Origin: an uncultured Gemmatimonadales bacterium
GTDB taxonomy: Bacteria; Gemmatimonadota; Gemmatimonadetes; Longimicrobiales; Longimicrobiaceae
Assembly: GCA_963716255.1 (NCBI GenBank)
Contig: OY970303.1
Span: 192,001 to 256,000 of the forward strand
Reading direction: 5' to 3'
Length of the DNA: 64,000 nt
The translations under genes were made by a program, and so were the position numbers. Below the pieces are notes generated by a model. That model did not search any database. It was given only the letters and a program-made list of their open reading frames with translations, and was not told the DNA's origin. Of the stretch, positions 19,415 through 32,161 are shown piece after piece (the first letter of the stretch is position 1; each line of letters opens with the position of its first letter).

Positions 19415-20731
19415 ATGCGCGACCTTCGTGTGCCCGTCCGCCCGTTCGCCGTCACCTTCCTGCTGACCGCGCTCCTCGCCGGGTGCACGACCGCGGCGAA
19501 GCGCTACGAGCAGGGAGTGGAGCTGGAGCAGCGGGGCCGCCCGGTGGACGCCGCGCTCCGCTACGTGGAGGCCCTCCGCAAGGAGCCGGGGCTGGCCGAG
19601 GCGCGCGCGCGCCTCGCCGAGACCGGCGCGCGCGCCGTGGACGGGCTGCTGGGCGAATCCGCCGCGCTGGACGCGAGCGGGCGTCCGGCCCAGGCCGCGG
19701 AAACGCTGCTGCGGCTGGACGCGCTGCGCCGCGACGCGGCGGGGGTGGGGGTGCCGCTCGGCGCGCCGGACGACTACGCCGGGCGCCGCCGCGCCATCTT
19801 CGACCGCGCCATCGACGCCGCGGTCGCCGGAGCTCCCGGCGCCGGCGGCTGGGACGACGCGCTGCGGCGCCTGGAGCGGGCGGGCGCCGCCTTCGGGCCG
19901 TCCGCCGACCAGCGCGAGCGGCTGGCGCAGGCGCGCTCCGGCGTGTACCTGGCCTGGGGCGAGTCCGAAGCCTCGCGCGGGCGCTACCGCGAAGCGTATG
20001 GTGTGGCCGAGCGGGCGCTCCGCGCGCTGGGGAGCGGCGGCCCCGGCGCCGCCCGCCTGGCCGAGTTCCAGGCGGACGTGCTGCGCCGCGGCACCGTGGT
20101 CGTCGCCGTCCTCCCCATCACCGCCGACGACGACCTCCTCCGCCGCCTGGACGAGAAGCTGGTCCGCGAGGTCGAGGACGTTCTGGCGGAGCGTCACTGG
20201 GGGGGCGCGCCGGCCTTCGTGGAGGTCGCGGACCCGCAGCGCGTGGGCCGCGACGCGCGGCGCGAGGGGTATGGCCGCCGCGCGGCCACCCCCCGGGAGG
20301 CGGCGCGGCTGGCGCGCGAGGCGGGCGCGGACTTCGCCGTGATCGCCGAGCTGGACAGCGTCCGCGTGGAGGAGCGCGACGTGCGCGAGTCGCGGCGGCA
20401 CGTCCGCACCGGCGAGGGCGCCGACACGGCGTACACGCTGCGGGAGGGGCGCGTCCAGGGCTGGGCGCGGGTGTCGCTCACCCTGGTGGACGCCCGCGAC
20501 GCCGGGGTTCTGGACCGCGCCACGGCGACCGCCGACCGCTCCGGCTCCTTCCGCCGCGGCATCTTCGCCGGCGACTGGCGCACCCTCGCCCTCCCCCGGG
20601 CCGACCGCGAGCTGTTCGCGCTCCCGGGCGAGACGCGCGACCGCCGCGAGCTCACGCTGGACCTGGCCGGTGACCTCGCGGAGCGGGTCGCGCGGGAGGT
20701 GTTCGACGCCGTGCTGCGCCAGGTGCCGTAG
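19415..20731 (+). CDS. TPR-like lipoprotein
   Basis: Lipobox LLAGC; helical Ala-rich N half; CsgG/TolB-N-like C-terminal part. Confidence 0.7.
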   Translation: MRDLRVPVRPFAVTFLLTALLAGCTTAAKRYEQGVELEQRGRPVDAALRYVEALRKEPGLAEARARLAETGARAVDGLLGESAALDASGRPAQAAETLLRLDALRRDAAGVGVPLGAPDDYAGRRRAIFDRAIDAAVAGAPGAGGWDDALRRLERAGAAFGPSADQRERLAQARSGVYLAWGESEASRGRYREAYGVAERALRALGSGGPGAARLAEFQADVLRRGTVVVAVLPITADDDLLRRLDEKLVREVEDVLAERHWGGAPAFVEVADPQRVGRDARREGYGRRAATPREAARLAREAGADFAVIAELDSVRVEERDVRESRRHVRTGEGADTAYTLREGRVQGWARVSLTLVDARDAGVLDRATATADRSGSFRRGIFAGDWRTLALPRADRELFALPGETRDRRELTLDLAGDLAERVAREVFDAVLRQVP

Positions 20732-20843
20732 GCCGATCCAACCCCCGTCGAACCGCTCCCGCAAGGATCCCAACAGATCCTTTACAGGAGGAACGAGGCT
20801 TGATACGGTTGAGCGACGGGAACAGCCCCACGGGAGAGCTTCG

Positions 20844-21104
20844 ATGACGACCCTGCAGCTCCAGCTGAGCGACGAGATGGCGCGGGCGATCGACCGCCTG
20901 GCCGGCGAGGCGGGGCAGGACCGCGAGGAGTTCATCGCCGACGCGCTCCGCCGCCGGATCGAGGACGCCGGGGGAGTCTATCGGGCCCGCATGAGCACCC
21001 GGTCTTTCGAGATGGTGAGGGACCAGCTCCGGCCGTACGCGGAGGAAGCTGGGTTCACGATGGAAGAAGACATCCTGGACGACCTCCGGACAGCAGCGCC
21101 CTGA
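20844..21104 (+). CDS. Ribbon-helix-helix (CopG-like) protein, orphan antitoxin-like
   Basis: MTTLQLQLSDEMARAIDRLA..REEFIADALRR; RBS GGGAG. Confidence 0.7.
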   Translation: MTTLQLQLSDEMARAIDRLAGEAGQDREEFIADALRRRIEDAGGVYRARMSTRSFEMVRDQLRPYAEEAGFTMEEDILDDLRTAAP

Positions 21105-21164
21105 AAAGCGCCGGTACCGAGCGACTGCGGGCCCACACCGGGCATGCTCGAAGTTCGGATTAAG

Positions 21165-21204
21165 GATGAGGGGCACCGGCGCGCTGCCGGTGCCCCTCGT
21201 TTTC
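21165..21204. terminator. Intrinsic terminator between convergent genes
   Basis: GAGGGGCACCGGC..GCCGGTGCCCCTCGTTTT. Confidence 0.7.
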
Positions 21205-21221
21205 TCGACCTACCCGCCAGC

Positions 21222-22103
21222 TCACACCAGCTTCATCGCCGCCGGCTTCTCGCCCGAGTAGTCGTAGAAGCCCTTCCCCGTCTTCCGCCCGAAGTACCCC
21301 AGCGAGATCATCCGCTTGAGCAGCGGCGGCGACGCGTAGCGCTTCTCCTTGTACTCCTTGAACATGATGTCGCCGATCTTGTCCAGCGTGTCCAGCCCCA
21401 CGAAGTCGCTGAGCACGAACGGCCCCATGGGGTAGCCCGTCCCCAGCTGCATCCCCTTGTCGATGTCCTCGATGGTGGCGACGCCCTGCTCCAGCGCGCG
21501 GATCGCGTCCATCATGTAGGGCACCAGCAGCAGGTTCACCACGAAGCCCGAGTTGTCCTTGCAGACGATGGGCTCCTTGCCCAGCGACTTCGCGAAGGCG
21601 AAGGCCGTGTCGAACACCGCCGCGTCCGTGGCGATGGTCTTCACCACCTCCACCAGCTTCATCACCGGCACCGGGTTGAAGAAGTGCAGCCCCACCATCC
21701 GCTCCGGCCGCTTCGTGGCCGCCGCCATGTCCGCGATGGTGAGCGACGACGTGTTGCTGGCGAAGATGGTGTCCGGCCCGCACACCCCGTCCAGCGTCCG
21801 CCACATCTCGTTCTTGAGGTCCAGGTTCTCCACCACGGCCTCGATGATGATGTCGCAGTCCTTCAGGTCCTCCAGGCGGGAGGTCCCGCGCAGACGTCCC
21901 AGGGTCGCGTCGCGGTCCTCCGCGGCCATCTTGCCCTTCTCCACCGCCTTGCCCAGCTGCTTGCCGATGCCGCCGATGCCGCGCTCGCACAGCTCGTCCG
22001 AGACCTCGCGGACGAGGGTGTCGTAGCCCGCCGCCGCGCACACCTGCGCGATCCCGCTCCCCATGAGCCCGCACCCGAGCACGCCTACCCGCTTGATCTC
22101 CAT
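21222..22103 (-). CDS. hbd: 3-hydroxybutyryl-CoA dehydrogenase
   Basis: GCGLMGSGIA, ASNTSSL, HFFNPVP, PMGPF. Confidence 0.93.
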   Translation of the reverse strand: MEIKRVGVLGCGLMGSGIAQVCAAAGYDTLVREVSDELCERGIGGIGKQLGKAVEKGKMAAEDRDATLGRLRGTSRLEDLKDCDIIIEAVVENLDLKNEMWRTLDGVCGPDTIFASNTSSLTIADMAAATKRPERMVGLHFFNPVPVMKLVEVVKTIATDAAVFDTAFAFAKSLGKEPIVCKDNSGFVVNLLLVPYMMDAIRALEQGVATIEDIDKGMQLGTGYPMGPFVLSDFVGLDTLDKIGDIMFKEYKEKRYASPPLLKRMISLGYFGRKTGKGFYDYSGEKPAAMKLV

Positions 22104-22150
22104 CGAGCTTTTCCTCCGCCGTGGTTTGAAAAGATTGAACTACCGGGTTC

Positions 22151-22279
22151 GGGCGTGCCCCCGGCTGACGCCGGGGTCGGGCTTCGGCTCCGTAAGCCCG
22201 CAAACAACGCGGGCTAACGGAGTCGAGCCCCGGCAAACCGCCGCCGGGTCTCGCCCCTCCGGGCCGAAATCCCTCACGC
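22151..22279 (+). repeat. Structured repeat family A, copy 3
   Basis: Direct sequence match to the family. Confidence 0.9.
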
Positions 22280-22401
22280 AGCTTCATACGTGGCTGCAAA
22301 AACCAGCAGTCGTCCCCTCTCCCAGAATTGGGAGAGGGTGGCGAGCCTAAAGCGAGCCGGGTGAGGGCCGCCGTTGAAGGCTGTTCCCTGTTCCCTGCCG
22401 T

Positions 22402-23217
22402 TCAGATCCCCAGCCGCTTCCGCCAGTCCGGCGCGCGCTGCGGGAGCCGCAGCTCGCCGTGCTCCAGGCGGTCCAGGAACGCCTCCAGCTTCTCCTGCGT
22501 GGAGCGGGAGACCGCGCCGAAGATCCCCCGCATCCCCAGGTACACCCCGCCGAGCACCGGCAGCGCGACGAGCGCCAGCGGGTCCACGATGGGCGTGGCC
22601 AGCACGGCCGTCACGATCGCCGCCGCGCCCCCGCCGCCGCCCAGCGCCGCGCCCGCCGCCAGGCCGCCGCGCACGTTCCCCAGGTCCGTGGACACCTCCA
22701 CGAAGCAGGTGTCCGCGTCGATCACAGACACCGCCACGTCCAGCGGCGTCACGTCCAGGAACGCCTGCCGCTCCTGCACCTTCCGGTAGGCGCGGCCCAT
22801 CACCGCGCCCATCCCCGTCCCCGCCACGTAGCGCGTGCGGTCCGGGAACCGGCGCTGCACCACCATGTACTCCACCGTCGTCAGGTACTGCTCCACCAGC
22901 AGCCCCACCGCGGCCGCCGGGCGGCGCACCGTGCGCGCCGCGAGCACCGTGCGCGGGCCCATCGTCCGGGCGAGCACGCCGCGCTCCGCGGGGGCGCGGC
23001 CGCGCACGTCGGCGATGGCGCGGCGCACCGTCGCCGGCTCCAGCCCCAGCTCCTTGCCGATGCGCAGCACCTCCGCCTCGGGGATCCCCTCCGGCTCGTC
23101 CGCCTCGCCGGCCGCCGTCTGCAGCTCCACGGCGCGGCGGATGATGGCCTCCAGCTCCTGGCTGGAGACCCGCCGCACCGGGAGGTTGCCGCCGGGGGGA
23201 GGAGTGCCTTCGCTCAT
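22402..23217 (-). CDS. Hypothetical membrane protein
   Basis: IIRRAVELQ and IGKELGLEP N-terminal helices; C-terminal TM pair; overlaps the end of the upstream region in operon-like fashion. Confidence 0.75.
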   Translation of the reverse strand: MSEGTPPPGGNLPVRRVSSQELEAIIRRAVELQTAAGEADEPEGIPEAEVLRIGKELGLEPATVRRAIADVRGRAPAERGVLARTMGPRTVLAARTVRRPAAAVGLLVEQYLTTVEYMVVQRRFPDRTRYVAGTGMGAVMGRAYRKVQERQAFLDVTPLDVAVSVIDADTCFVEVSTDLGNVRGGLAAGAALGGGGGAAAIVTAVLATPIVDPLALVALPVLGGVYLGMRGIFGAVSRSTQEKLEAFLDRLEHGELRLPQRAPDWRKRLGI

Positions 23218-23281
23218 CGCGTCTTCAGGAACGGAACGAGGAGGGCCGCCGCGCCCGGAACCCGCGCGGCGGCCCGCCCAC

Positions 23282-24493
23282 CTACGCCGGGAACGCCTCC
23301 ACCACCACCGCGATCCCCTGCCCCCCGCCGATGCAGGCCGTCCCCAGCCCGAAGCGCTTGCCCTGGCGCCGCAGCTCGTGCAGGAGGTGCACGGTGATGC
23401 GCGCCCCCGAGGCGCCCAGCGGGTGCGACACCGCGATGGCGCCGCCGGACACGTTGGTGCGCTCGCGGTCCAGACCCAGCTCCTTCTCCACCGCGCAGTA
23501 CTGCGAGCCGAAGGCCTCGTTGACCTCCACCAGGTCCATCTGGCCCACGTCCATCCCCGCCTTCTGGAGGGCCACGCGCGACGCCGGCACCGGGCCGATC
23601 CCCATGTGCTTGGGCTCCACCCCCGCGATCCCCCAGCTCACCAGCCGGCCCAGCGGCTTCACGCCGTTGCGGTCCGCCCAGGCGCCGCTGGCGATCACCA
23701 CCGCCGCCGCCCCGTCGCCGATCCCCGAGGCGTTGCCGGCCGTCACCGTGCCGCCCTCCTTGAAGTACGGCTTCAGCCTGCCCAGGCTTTCCAGCGTCGT
23801 GTCCGGGCGAATGTGCTCGTCCGCCGCGAACTGCGTCTCGCCCTTGCGGCTCCTGAGGGCGATGGGGACGATCTCCTTCTCGAAGCGCCCCTCCTGCCAC
23901 GCCTGGTGCGCGCGCTGCTGCGAGCCGTGCGCGAACTGGTCCACCGCCTCGCGGGTGATCCCGTAGTGGTCCGCCAGGTTCTCCGCGGTCACCGCCATGG
24001 AGCACCCCGCGAAGGTGTCCGTGAGCGCCTCCCACAGCGAGTCCTCGTAGAACTTGCCGGCCGGCCCCAGGCGCTGGTCGCCCCAGCGGGCGCCGCGGAC
24101 CACGTGCGGGGCCTGGCTCATGGACTCGGTGCCGCCGCACAGGGCGACCTCCGCCTCGCCCAGCATGATCTCCATGGCGCCGCTCACGATGGCCTGGAAG
24201 CCCGAGCCGCACAGCCGGTTGAGGGTCAGCGCCGGGACGTCGATGGCGAGCCCCGAGCGCAGCCCCACGTGCCGCGCCAGGTAGATGGCGTCGGCGGAGG
24301 TCTGCAGCGCGTTGCCGAAGACGACGTGGTTCACCTCCCCGGCGGGGACGCCGGAGCGCTCCAGCGCGCCCTTGGCGGCGAACACGCCCAGGTCGGTGGC
24401 GCTGAAGTCCTTGAGGGCGCCCCCGAAGGTGCCCATGCCGGTGCGCGCGGCGGAAAGGAAGACGACGTCGATGTCCTTGCCCTGGGTGCCCAT
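23282..24493 (-). CDS. Acetyl-CoA acyltransferase (thiolase)
   Basis: NRLCGSG, NEAF, HPLGASG, CIGGGQG. Confidence 0.95.
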   Translation of the reverse strand: MGTQGKDIDVVFLSAARTGMGTFGGALKDFSATDLGVFAAKGALERSGVPAGEVNHVVFGNALQTSADAIYLARHVGLRSGLAIDVPALTLNRLCGSGFQAIVSGAMEIMLGEAEVALCGGTESMSQAPHVVRGARWGDQRLGPAGKFYEDSLWEALTDTFAGCSMAVTAENLADHYGITREAVDQFAHGSQQRAHQAWQEGRFEKEIVPIALRSRKGETQFAADEHIRPDTTLESLGRLKPYFKEGGTVTAGNASGIGDGAAAVVIASGAWADRNGVKPLGRLVSWGIAGVEPKHMGIGPVPASRVALQKAGMDVGQMDLVEVNEAFGSQYCAVEKELGLDRERTNVSGGAIAVSHPLGASGARITVHLLHELRRQGKRFGLGTACIGGGQGIAVVVEAFPA

Positions 24494-24801
24494 GCGGGAT
24501 CTTCTCCCTTGAGTGCGAGTACAAGTGAAAGGTTTCACAATATGACCGGCGCGGGGGCGGCTCGCAAGCCGCGGCCGGGTGGCGGAGGCGCACGGGAGGC
24601 GGGGGGTGGAACGATCCGCCCGACGCCCTTATCTTTCGACACCGCCGCATCATCCGGCGTGGCACCGGCCCATGGGGAGGCCGGTGTTTTTTGATTCCGC
24701 CTCCCCGCGTTTCACCGGCCGGCCGCCCCGGCCGATCCTTGATGAATGGCAGTCGCCCGCACCCGCGGCCTGCCTCCGCAAATCTGCATCGCAGTGCCCC
24801 C

Positions 24802-26751
<1,950 letters not shown>

Positions 26752-26955
26752 AACCCGAGCGGACGGCGGGCACGACACGGAGGCCCCGGGCGCCCTGCGT
26801 CCGGGGCTTCCGCGCGTCCGGCACCCCGGTGCTTGTGCCCGGCGCCCCTCCGGGATTACCGTTGATGCTCGGGGCGGCCCTCGCGGCGCGCCCCGCCCCC
26901 GCCCCGGCCGGACCCCGGCCCCGCCATCGATCCTCCCCCCAGAGGAGCTGGAACC

Positions 26956-27768
26956 ATGAGAGCCAGCAGCATCCCCGCGTACGAGGCCGGATTCAGCACC
27001 ACCCCCAGGGACTCGGACGGCAAGGCGTTCACGCTGAGCCCCTTCCAGGTCCAGGTCCCCGGCACCTCCGAGTCGTTCCAGGCGGTGTCGTGCCGGCCGG
27101 CCAGCGGCGACGAGAGCTACTTCTACAAGGAAGTCTTCCCCAAGAAGCGCATCGTCGTCCACTACACCGCCGGCTACCTCAAGGGCGACATCGCCGCCCT
27201 GACGAAAAAGGACAACCACGTTTCCGTGCCCTTCGTGGTGGCGCGCGACGGCACCGTGTACAACCTGTGGTCGTCGCGGTACTGGTCGTACCACCTGGGC
27301 AAGGGCGCCCAGGGCGGCAACCCCGAGATGAGCCGCAGCAGCATCGCCATCGAGCTGTCCAACCTGGGCTACCTGTGCCCCAAGGGCGACACCCTGGCCA
27401 CCTGCTCCGGCGACCCGTACTGCACGCTGGACGAGACCGACGCGTACCGCAAGCTGGACAAGCCCTTCCGGAGCTACAGCCACTACGCCACCTTCACCGA
27501 CGCGCAGTACCGCAGCCTGGGGAGCCTGCTGCGCTACCTCACGCGCACCTTCGACATCCCCGCCGAGTTCCTGCCGGAGCCGCAGCGCTACGACGTGTAC
27601 CCGGGGGTGGACAAGTTCCGGGGGATCACCACCCACGTGAACTACCAGCCCGAATCGTACGGCAAGTGGGACATCGGCCCGGCGTTCGACTGGGCGCGGG
27701 TGATCGCCTCGCTCACCACGGTGCCGCTGGCCGGCGTGGAGATTCCCGGGGGCGCGCCGGCGGTCTGA
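26956..27768 (+). CDS. N-acetylmuramoyl-L-alanine amidase (Amidase_2)
   Basis: IVVHYTAG, SIAIE, TDAQY, TTH..KWD. Confidence 0.8.
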   Translation: MRASSIPAYEAGFSTTPRDSDGKAFTLSPFQVQVPGTSESFQAVSCRPASGDESYFYKEVFPKKRIVVHYTAGYLKGDIAALTKKDNHVSVPFVVARDGTVYNLWSSRYWSYHLGKGAQGGNPEMSRSSIAIELSNLGYLCPKGDTLATCSGDPYCTLDETDAYRKLDKPFRSYSHYATFTDAQYRSLGSLLRYLTRTFDIPAEFLPEPQRYDVYPGVDKFRGITTHVNYQPESYGKWDIGPAFDWARVIASLTTVPLAGVEIPGGAPAV

Positions 27769-27885
27769 GGCGAGGGTGTGCTTGCCGGGCGGGCCACGGC
27801 GTTCTAGCTTGCGGCGCGTGACAGGCCCGGACTCTGGAATCCAGGGTCCGGGTTTTTCGTTCGAACGGCATTTAACTGCGGAGTT

Positions 27886-28014
27886 GGGCGTGCCCCCGGC
27901 TGGCGCCGGGGTCGGGCTTCGGCTCCGTAGGGCTGCAAACAACGCAGCCCAACGGAGTCGAGCCCCGGCAAACGGCCGCCGGGTCTCGCCCCTTCGGGCC
28001 GAAATCCCTCACGC
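27886..28014 (+). repeat. Structured repeat family A, copy 4
   Basis: Direct sequence match. Confidence 0.9.
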
Positions 28015-28061
28015 GGGTTTCCGTCTGCGTCCTCCAACGTCAACGGCTCGGTCGCACCGGC

Positions 28062-29162
<1,101 letters not shown>

Positions 29163-29175
29163 GCGGGAGGACCGC

Positions 29176-30264
29176 GTGATCCGCGCGGCCCGGTTCCTGG
29201 GCGGGTACCTGCGGCAGGAGCGGGTGCGCGTGCGCGAGGAGGAGGTCATCATCCCCATGCCGGACGGCGGCGAGGTGGAGGGCACCTTCTACCTCCCGCG
29301 CGGCGCGCGGCGGGCGCCCGGCTGGGTGGTGCTGCACGGGGTGAGCGTTCCCGGGCGCCGGCACGAGTCGCTGCTGCGCTTCTCGCGCGCCATGGCGGCC
29401 TCGGGCGCGGCGGTGCTGGTGCCGGACGTGCCCGCCTGGCGCGCGCTCCGGGTGCGCTCGGAAACGGCGCGCGCGGCGCTGATCCCGGCGACGGCGTACC
29501 TGCGCGGGCGGCCCGAGGTGCTCCCGGGCGGCGTGGGCGTGGTGGGCTTCTCGTTCGGCGCGACGCACGCGCTGATCGCCTCCACCGATCCCGGGCTGCG
29601 CGACGTGGTGCGCACGGTGGTGGGGTTCGGCGGCTACTGCGACCTGCGCCGGGCGATCGGCTGCATGTTCACGGGCGAGCACGAGTGGGACGGCCGCCGG
29701 TACGCGCTGGACCCGGACCCCTACGGCCGCTGGATCCTGGCGGCCAACTACCTCGCGGCGGTGCCGGGGATGGAGGGGATGGGCCGCGTCGCCCACGAGG
29801 CGCACGAGCTGGCGGCGGAGGCGGGGCGGCGCCGCACCTTCGCGGGCGAGGCGGACTACGACCCGCTCAAGGCCGCGGCGCGCGAGCGCCTTGGGGCGGA
29901 GGAGCGGGAGGTGTGGGACCTGCTGGCCCCGCCCTTCGGCGCGCCGGTGGGCGACCCGGACCGGGCGCGCGCCCTCGCGGACGCCCTGTCCGACGCGGTG
30001 CTGGCCGCCGACCCGGACCTGGACCCGCGCCGCGCCATGCCGGAGCTGCGCGCCCGGGTCGTCCTGGCCCACGGCGAGGCGGACCGGCTGATCCCCTTCA
30101 CCGAGTCGCTGCGCACGTACGCGGCGCTCCCGGAGCGGCTGGACCGCTCGGTCACCATCACGCGCCTGTTCGCGCACTCCACCGGCAGCTCCGCGGTGCG
30201 CGCAGTGGAGTACGGGGTGGAGGGGCTGCGCTTCTTCCAGCTGCTGCGGCGCGCGTTGCGGTAG
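29176..30264 (+). CDS. Alpha/beta hydrolase
   Basis: VVLHG, GFSFG nucleophile elbow, HGEAD, FAH. Confidence 0.75.
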   Translation: MIRAARFLGGYLRQERVRVREEEVIIPMPDGGEVEGTFYLPRGARRAPGWVVLHGVSVPGRRHESLLRFSRAMAASGAAVLVPDVPAWRALRVRSETARAALIPATAYLRGRPEVLPGGVGVVGFSFGATHALIASTDPGLRDVVRTVVGFGGYCDLRRAIGCMFTGEHEWDGRRYALDPDPYGRWILAANYLAAVPGMEGMGRVAHEAHELAAEAGRRRTFAGEADYDPLKAAARERLGAEEREVWDLLAPPFGAPVGDPDRARALADALSDAVLAADPDLDPRRAMPELRARVVLAHGEADRLIPFTESLRTYAALPERLDRSVTITRLFAHSTGSSAVRAVEYGVEGLRFFQLLRRALR

Positions 30265-30479
30265 GGGGAACGGCAGTGCGGGCGTGCGGGAGTGAACGGC
30301 AGTACGAAGTACGCAGTACGTGAAAGCGCCCCGGCCGGGATCTCCCGGCGGGGGCGTCGGCCCTCACCCGGCTCGCTTGAGGCTCGCCACCCTCTCCCAA
30401 TTCTGGGAGAGGGGGTCAACAGCGTGTGCTTCGACAGGCGCCCGGAGTTGGGGGTCGGCCGGGGGAGGGGCCTGCCGTC

Positions 30480-30608
30480 GCGTGAGGGATTTCGGCCCGA
30501 AGGGGCGAGACCCGGCGGCAGTTTGCCGGGGCTCGACTCCGTTGCAGACGGTTGTTTCGTCTGCTACGGAGCCGCAGCCCGACCCCGGCGCCAGCCGGGG
30601 GCACGCCC
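30480..30608 (-). repeat. Structured repeat family A, copy 5
   Basis: Reverse-complement match. Confidence 0.9.
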
Positions 30609-30636
30609 GAACCCGCAGTTCAGGCAGTCGCAGTCG

Positions 30637-30873
30637 TCAAGACCCGCCCTTGCCGAACATCCCGCCCAGCCCGCCCGCGATGTCCCCGAGGTCGGGCATC
30701 CCGCCGCCCCCTGCCCCGCCCCCCTCCACCAGCCGCTTCAGGTTCCCGCCGACGGGCGGGGGGAGCCGGCCGTCCAGAAAGCTCACCGCGGCGAGCGCGG
30801 CCGCGCGGGCCTTGTCCTCCGGGATCCCGGCCCGATCGGAGATCTGCTGCACCAGCTCGTCGATCATCGCCAT
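30637..30873 (-). CDS. Small hypothetical protein (DUF2267-like)
   Basis: DELVQQISDRAGIPEDKA; Gly-rich tail; RBS GGAGG. Confidence 0.7.
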   Translation of the reverse strand: MAMIDELVQQISDRAGIPEDKARAAALAAVSFLDGRLPPPVGGNLKRLVEGGGAGGGGMPDLGDIAGGLGGMFGKGGS

Positions 30874-30927
30874 CTCGTCCTCCGCTGCCCGTCGTGGAAA
30901 GGAGCCCTTCCTCGGCGCGGAGTCGCG

Positions 30928-30942
30928 GCAAGGAGCGGTCCA
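30928..30942 (-). promoter_or_regulatory. Putative sigma-54 -24/-12 promoter
   Basis: TGGACCGCTCCTTGC (GG-N10-GC) about 55 bp upstream of the small gene. Confidence 0.5.
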
Positions 30943-30961
30943 CGGCGGCGCGGGCGCGTCC

Positions 30962-31291
30962 TCAGTGCCCCGCGGGGCCGGCGCTCAGCCGCAGCCCCAC
31001 GATGCCGGCGATCACCAGGGCGATGCTCGCCAGGCGCAGCGTGCTCGCGGGCTCGCGGAAGAGCACGATGCCGAGCGCCGCCGCGCCCACCGCCCCGATC
31101 CCGGTCCACACCGCGTAGCCGGTGCCGATGGGGATGGTGCGCAGCGCCTGAGAGAGCAGCGCGAAGCTGGCGACCATCGCCGCCGCCGTGCCCACGCTTG
31201 GCCAGGGGCGCGTGAAGCCCTCAGTGTACTTGAGCCCGATGGCCCACGCCACCTCCAGCAGCCCGGCGAGAAAAAGGTAGGTCCACGCCAT
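30962..31291 (-). CDS. sugE: SMR-family exporter SugE/Gdx
   Basis: [29 protein letters not shown]. Confidence 0.92.
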   Translation of the reverse strand: MAWTYLFLAGLLEVAWAIGLKYTEGFTRPWPSVGTAAAMVASFALLSQALRTIPIGTGYAVWTGIGAVGAAALGIVLFREPASTLRLASIALVIAGIVGLRLSAGPAGH

Positions 31292-31360
31292 CGGTACGAC
31301 CCTGGTCTGGTGACTGGCCGGCCCTTGGCGGCCGGGGCCGGAGCGGGTCCCCGCGCCCGT

Positions 31361-31948
31361 CTACCCGGAGTGCTCCGCGAGGTAGCGCGCGAGCGCCGCG
31401 GCCTCGTCGCGCAGCGGATCGGGCGCAGCGGCGGGCGCTGGCGCGAGCGCGGCCTTCATCGCCGCGACCACGGCGGCGAGCAGGAGCAGCGAGCCCGCGA
31501 ACCGGATTCCCTGCGCGATCGCCTGGTCGCTTTCCAGCAGCCCGAGCGTGCCCAGAAGGTACGCCCAGTCGTGCTGCGTGCCGTCGCCGCCGACCAGCGG
31601 GAGCTCGCGCGCCCGCGCGTCGGCCAGGTAGCGCGCGACGTTGAACAGGCTCTCCCCCAGCCACGCCAGCGACACCGCCGCGGCGAACGGCTGCCGCGCG
31701 CGGCCGAAGTGGACCGCGAAGGCGAGCGGGAAGAGCAGCTGCATCAGCGTGCCGCCCAGCGCGGTCACGAACTCGCCGCCGAAGATGCCGAAGACGGGGT
31801 GCCCGGCCTCGTGCAGCAGCAGGTTGACCCCGTCGACGAAGCGCCATGCGTCGGGATCGCGGACGACGGACACGGCCCACACGCCGAGCAGGACGACGCC
31901 GGCCCAGCGGAGCGGCCGCGAAGCGGCGAGCGAGAGCGGAAGATTCAA
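31361..31948 (-). CDS. Membrane protein with HExxH (M50-like)
   Basis: LLHEAGH, GGTLMQL, HDW. Confidence 0.7.
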   Translation of the reverse strand: MNLPLSLAASRPLRWAGVVLLGVWAVSVVRDPDAWRFVDGVNLLLHEAGHPVFGIFGGEFVTALGGTLMQLLFPLAFAVHFGRARQPFAAAVSLAWLGESLFNVARYLADARARELPLVGGDGTQHDWAYLLGTLGLLESDQAIAQGIRFAGSLLLLAAVVAAMKAALAPAPAAAPDPLRDEAAALARYLAEHSG

Positions 31949-31995
31949 CGGAGTGGCCGAAGCGGAAGGATGCCGAGGACGTAAAAGGGGTTTGT

Positions 31996-32137
31996 TCCCA
32001 GAAGATGTCGCGGAGGGAGACCGCCGGCAGTTTGGCGGTCTCCCGCAGCCGGAGCGGAGACGGCGGGGCAGTTACCGCTGGCTCCGCGACCCGCGCAGGA
32101 GACGGACAGTAGTATCGTCCGGCTCCGGAGCGGCCCC
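31996..32137 (-). repeat. Structured repeat family D, copy 1 (subtype a)
   Basis: GCCGCTCCGGAGCC..TCTCCTGCGCGGG followed by hairpin arms. Confidence 0.85.
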
Positions 32138-32161
32138 AAGCCCGCCGAAGCAGCGAAAACG

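Noticed and set aside
17054..20935. 1293-aa ORF and other long overlapping ORFs (e.g. 24579..27821, 31221..34724, 7884..10862)
   Set aside because: Shadow frames of GC-rich genes with Arg/Gly/Pro-biased composition; real genes occupy sub-segments or the other strand
31292..31360. Guanidine riboswitch upstream of sugE
   Set aside because: Expected from gene context, but no paired ACGR hairpins or class I/III consensus is visible on the coding strand; an ACGA loop occurs only on the opposite strand
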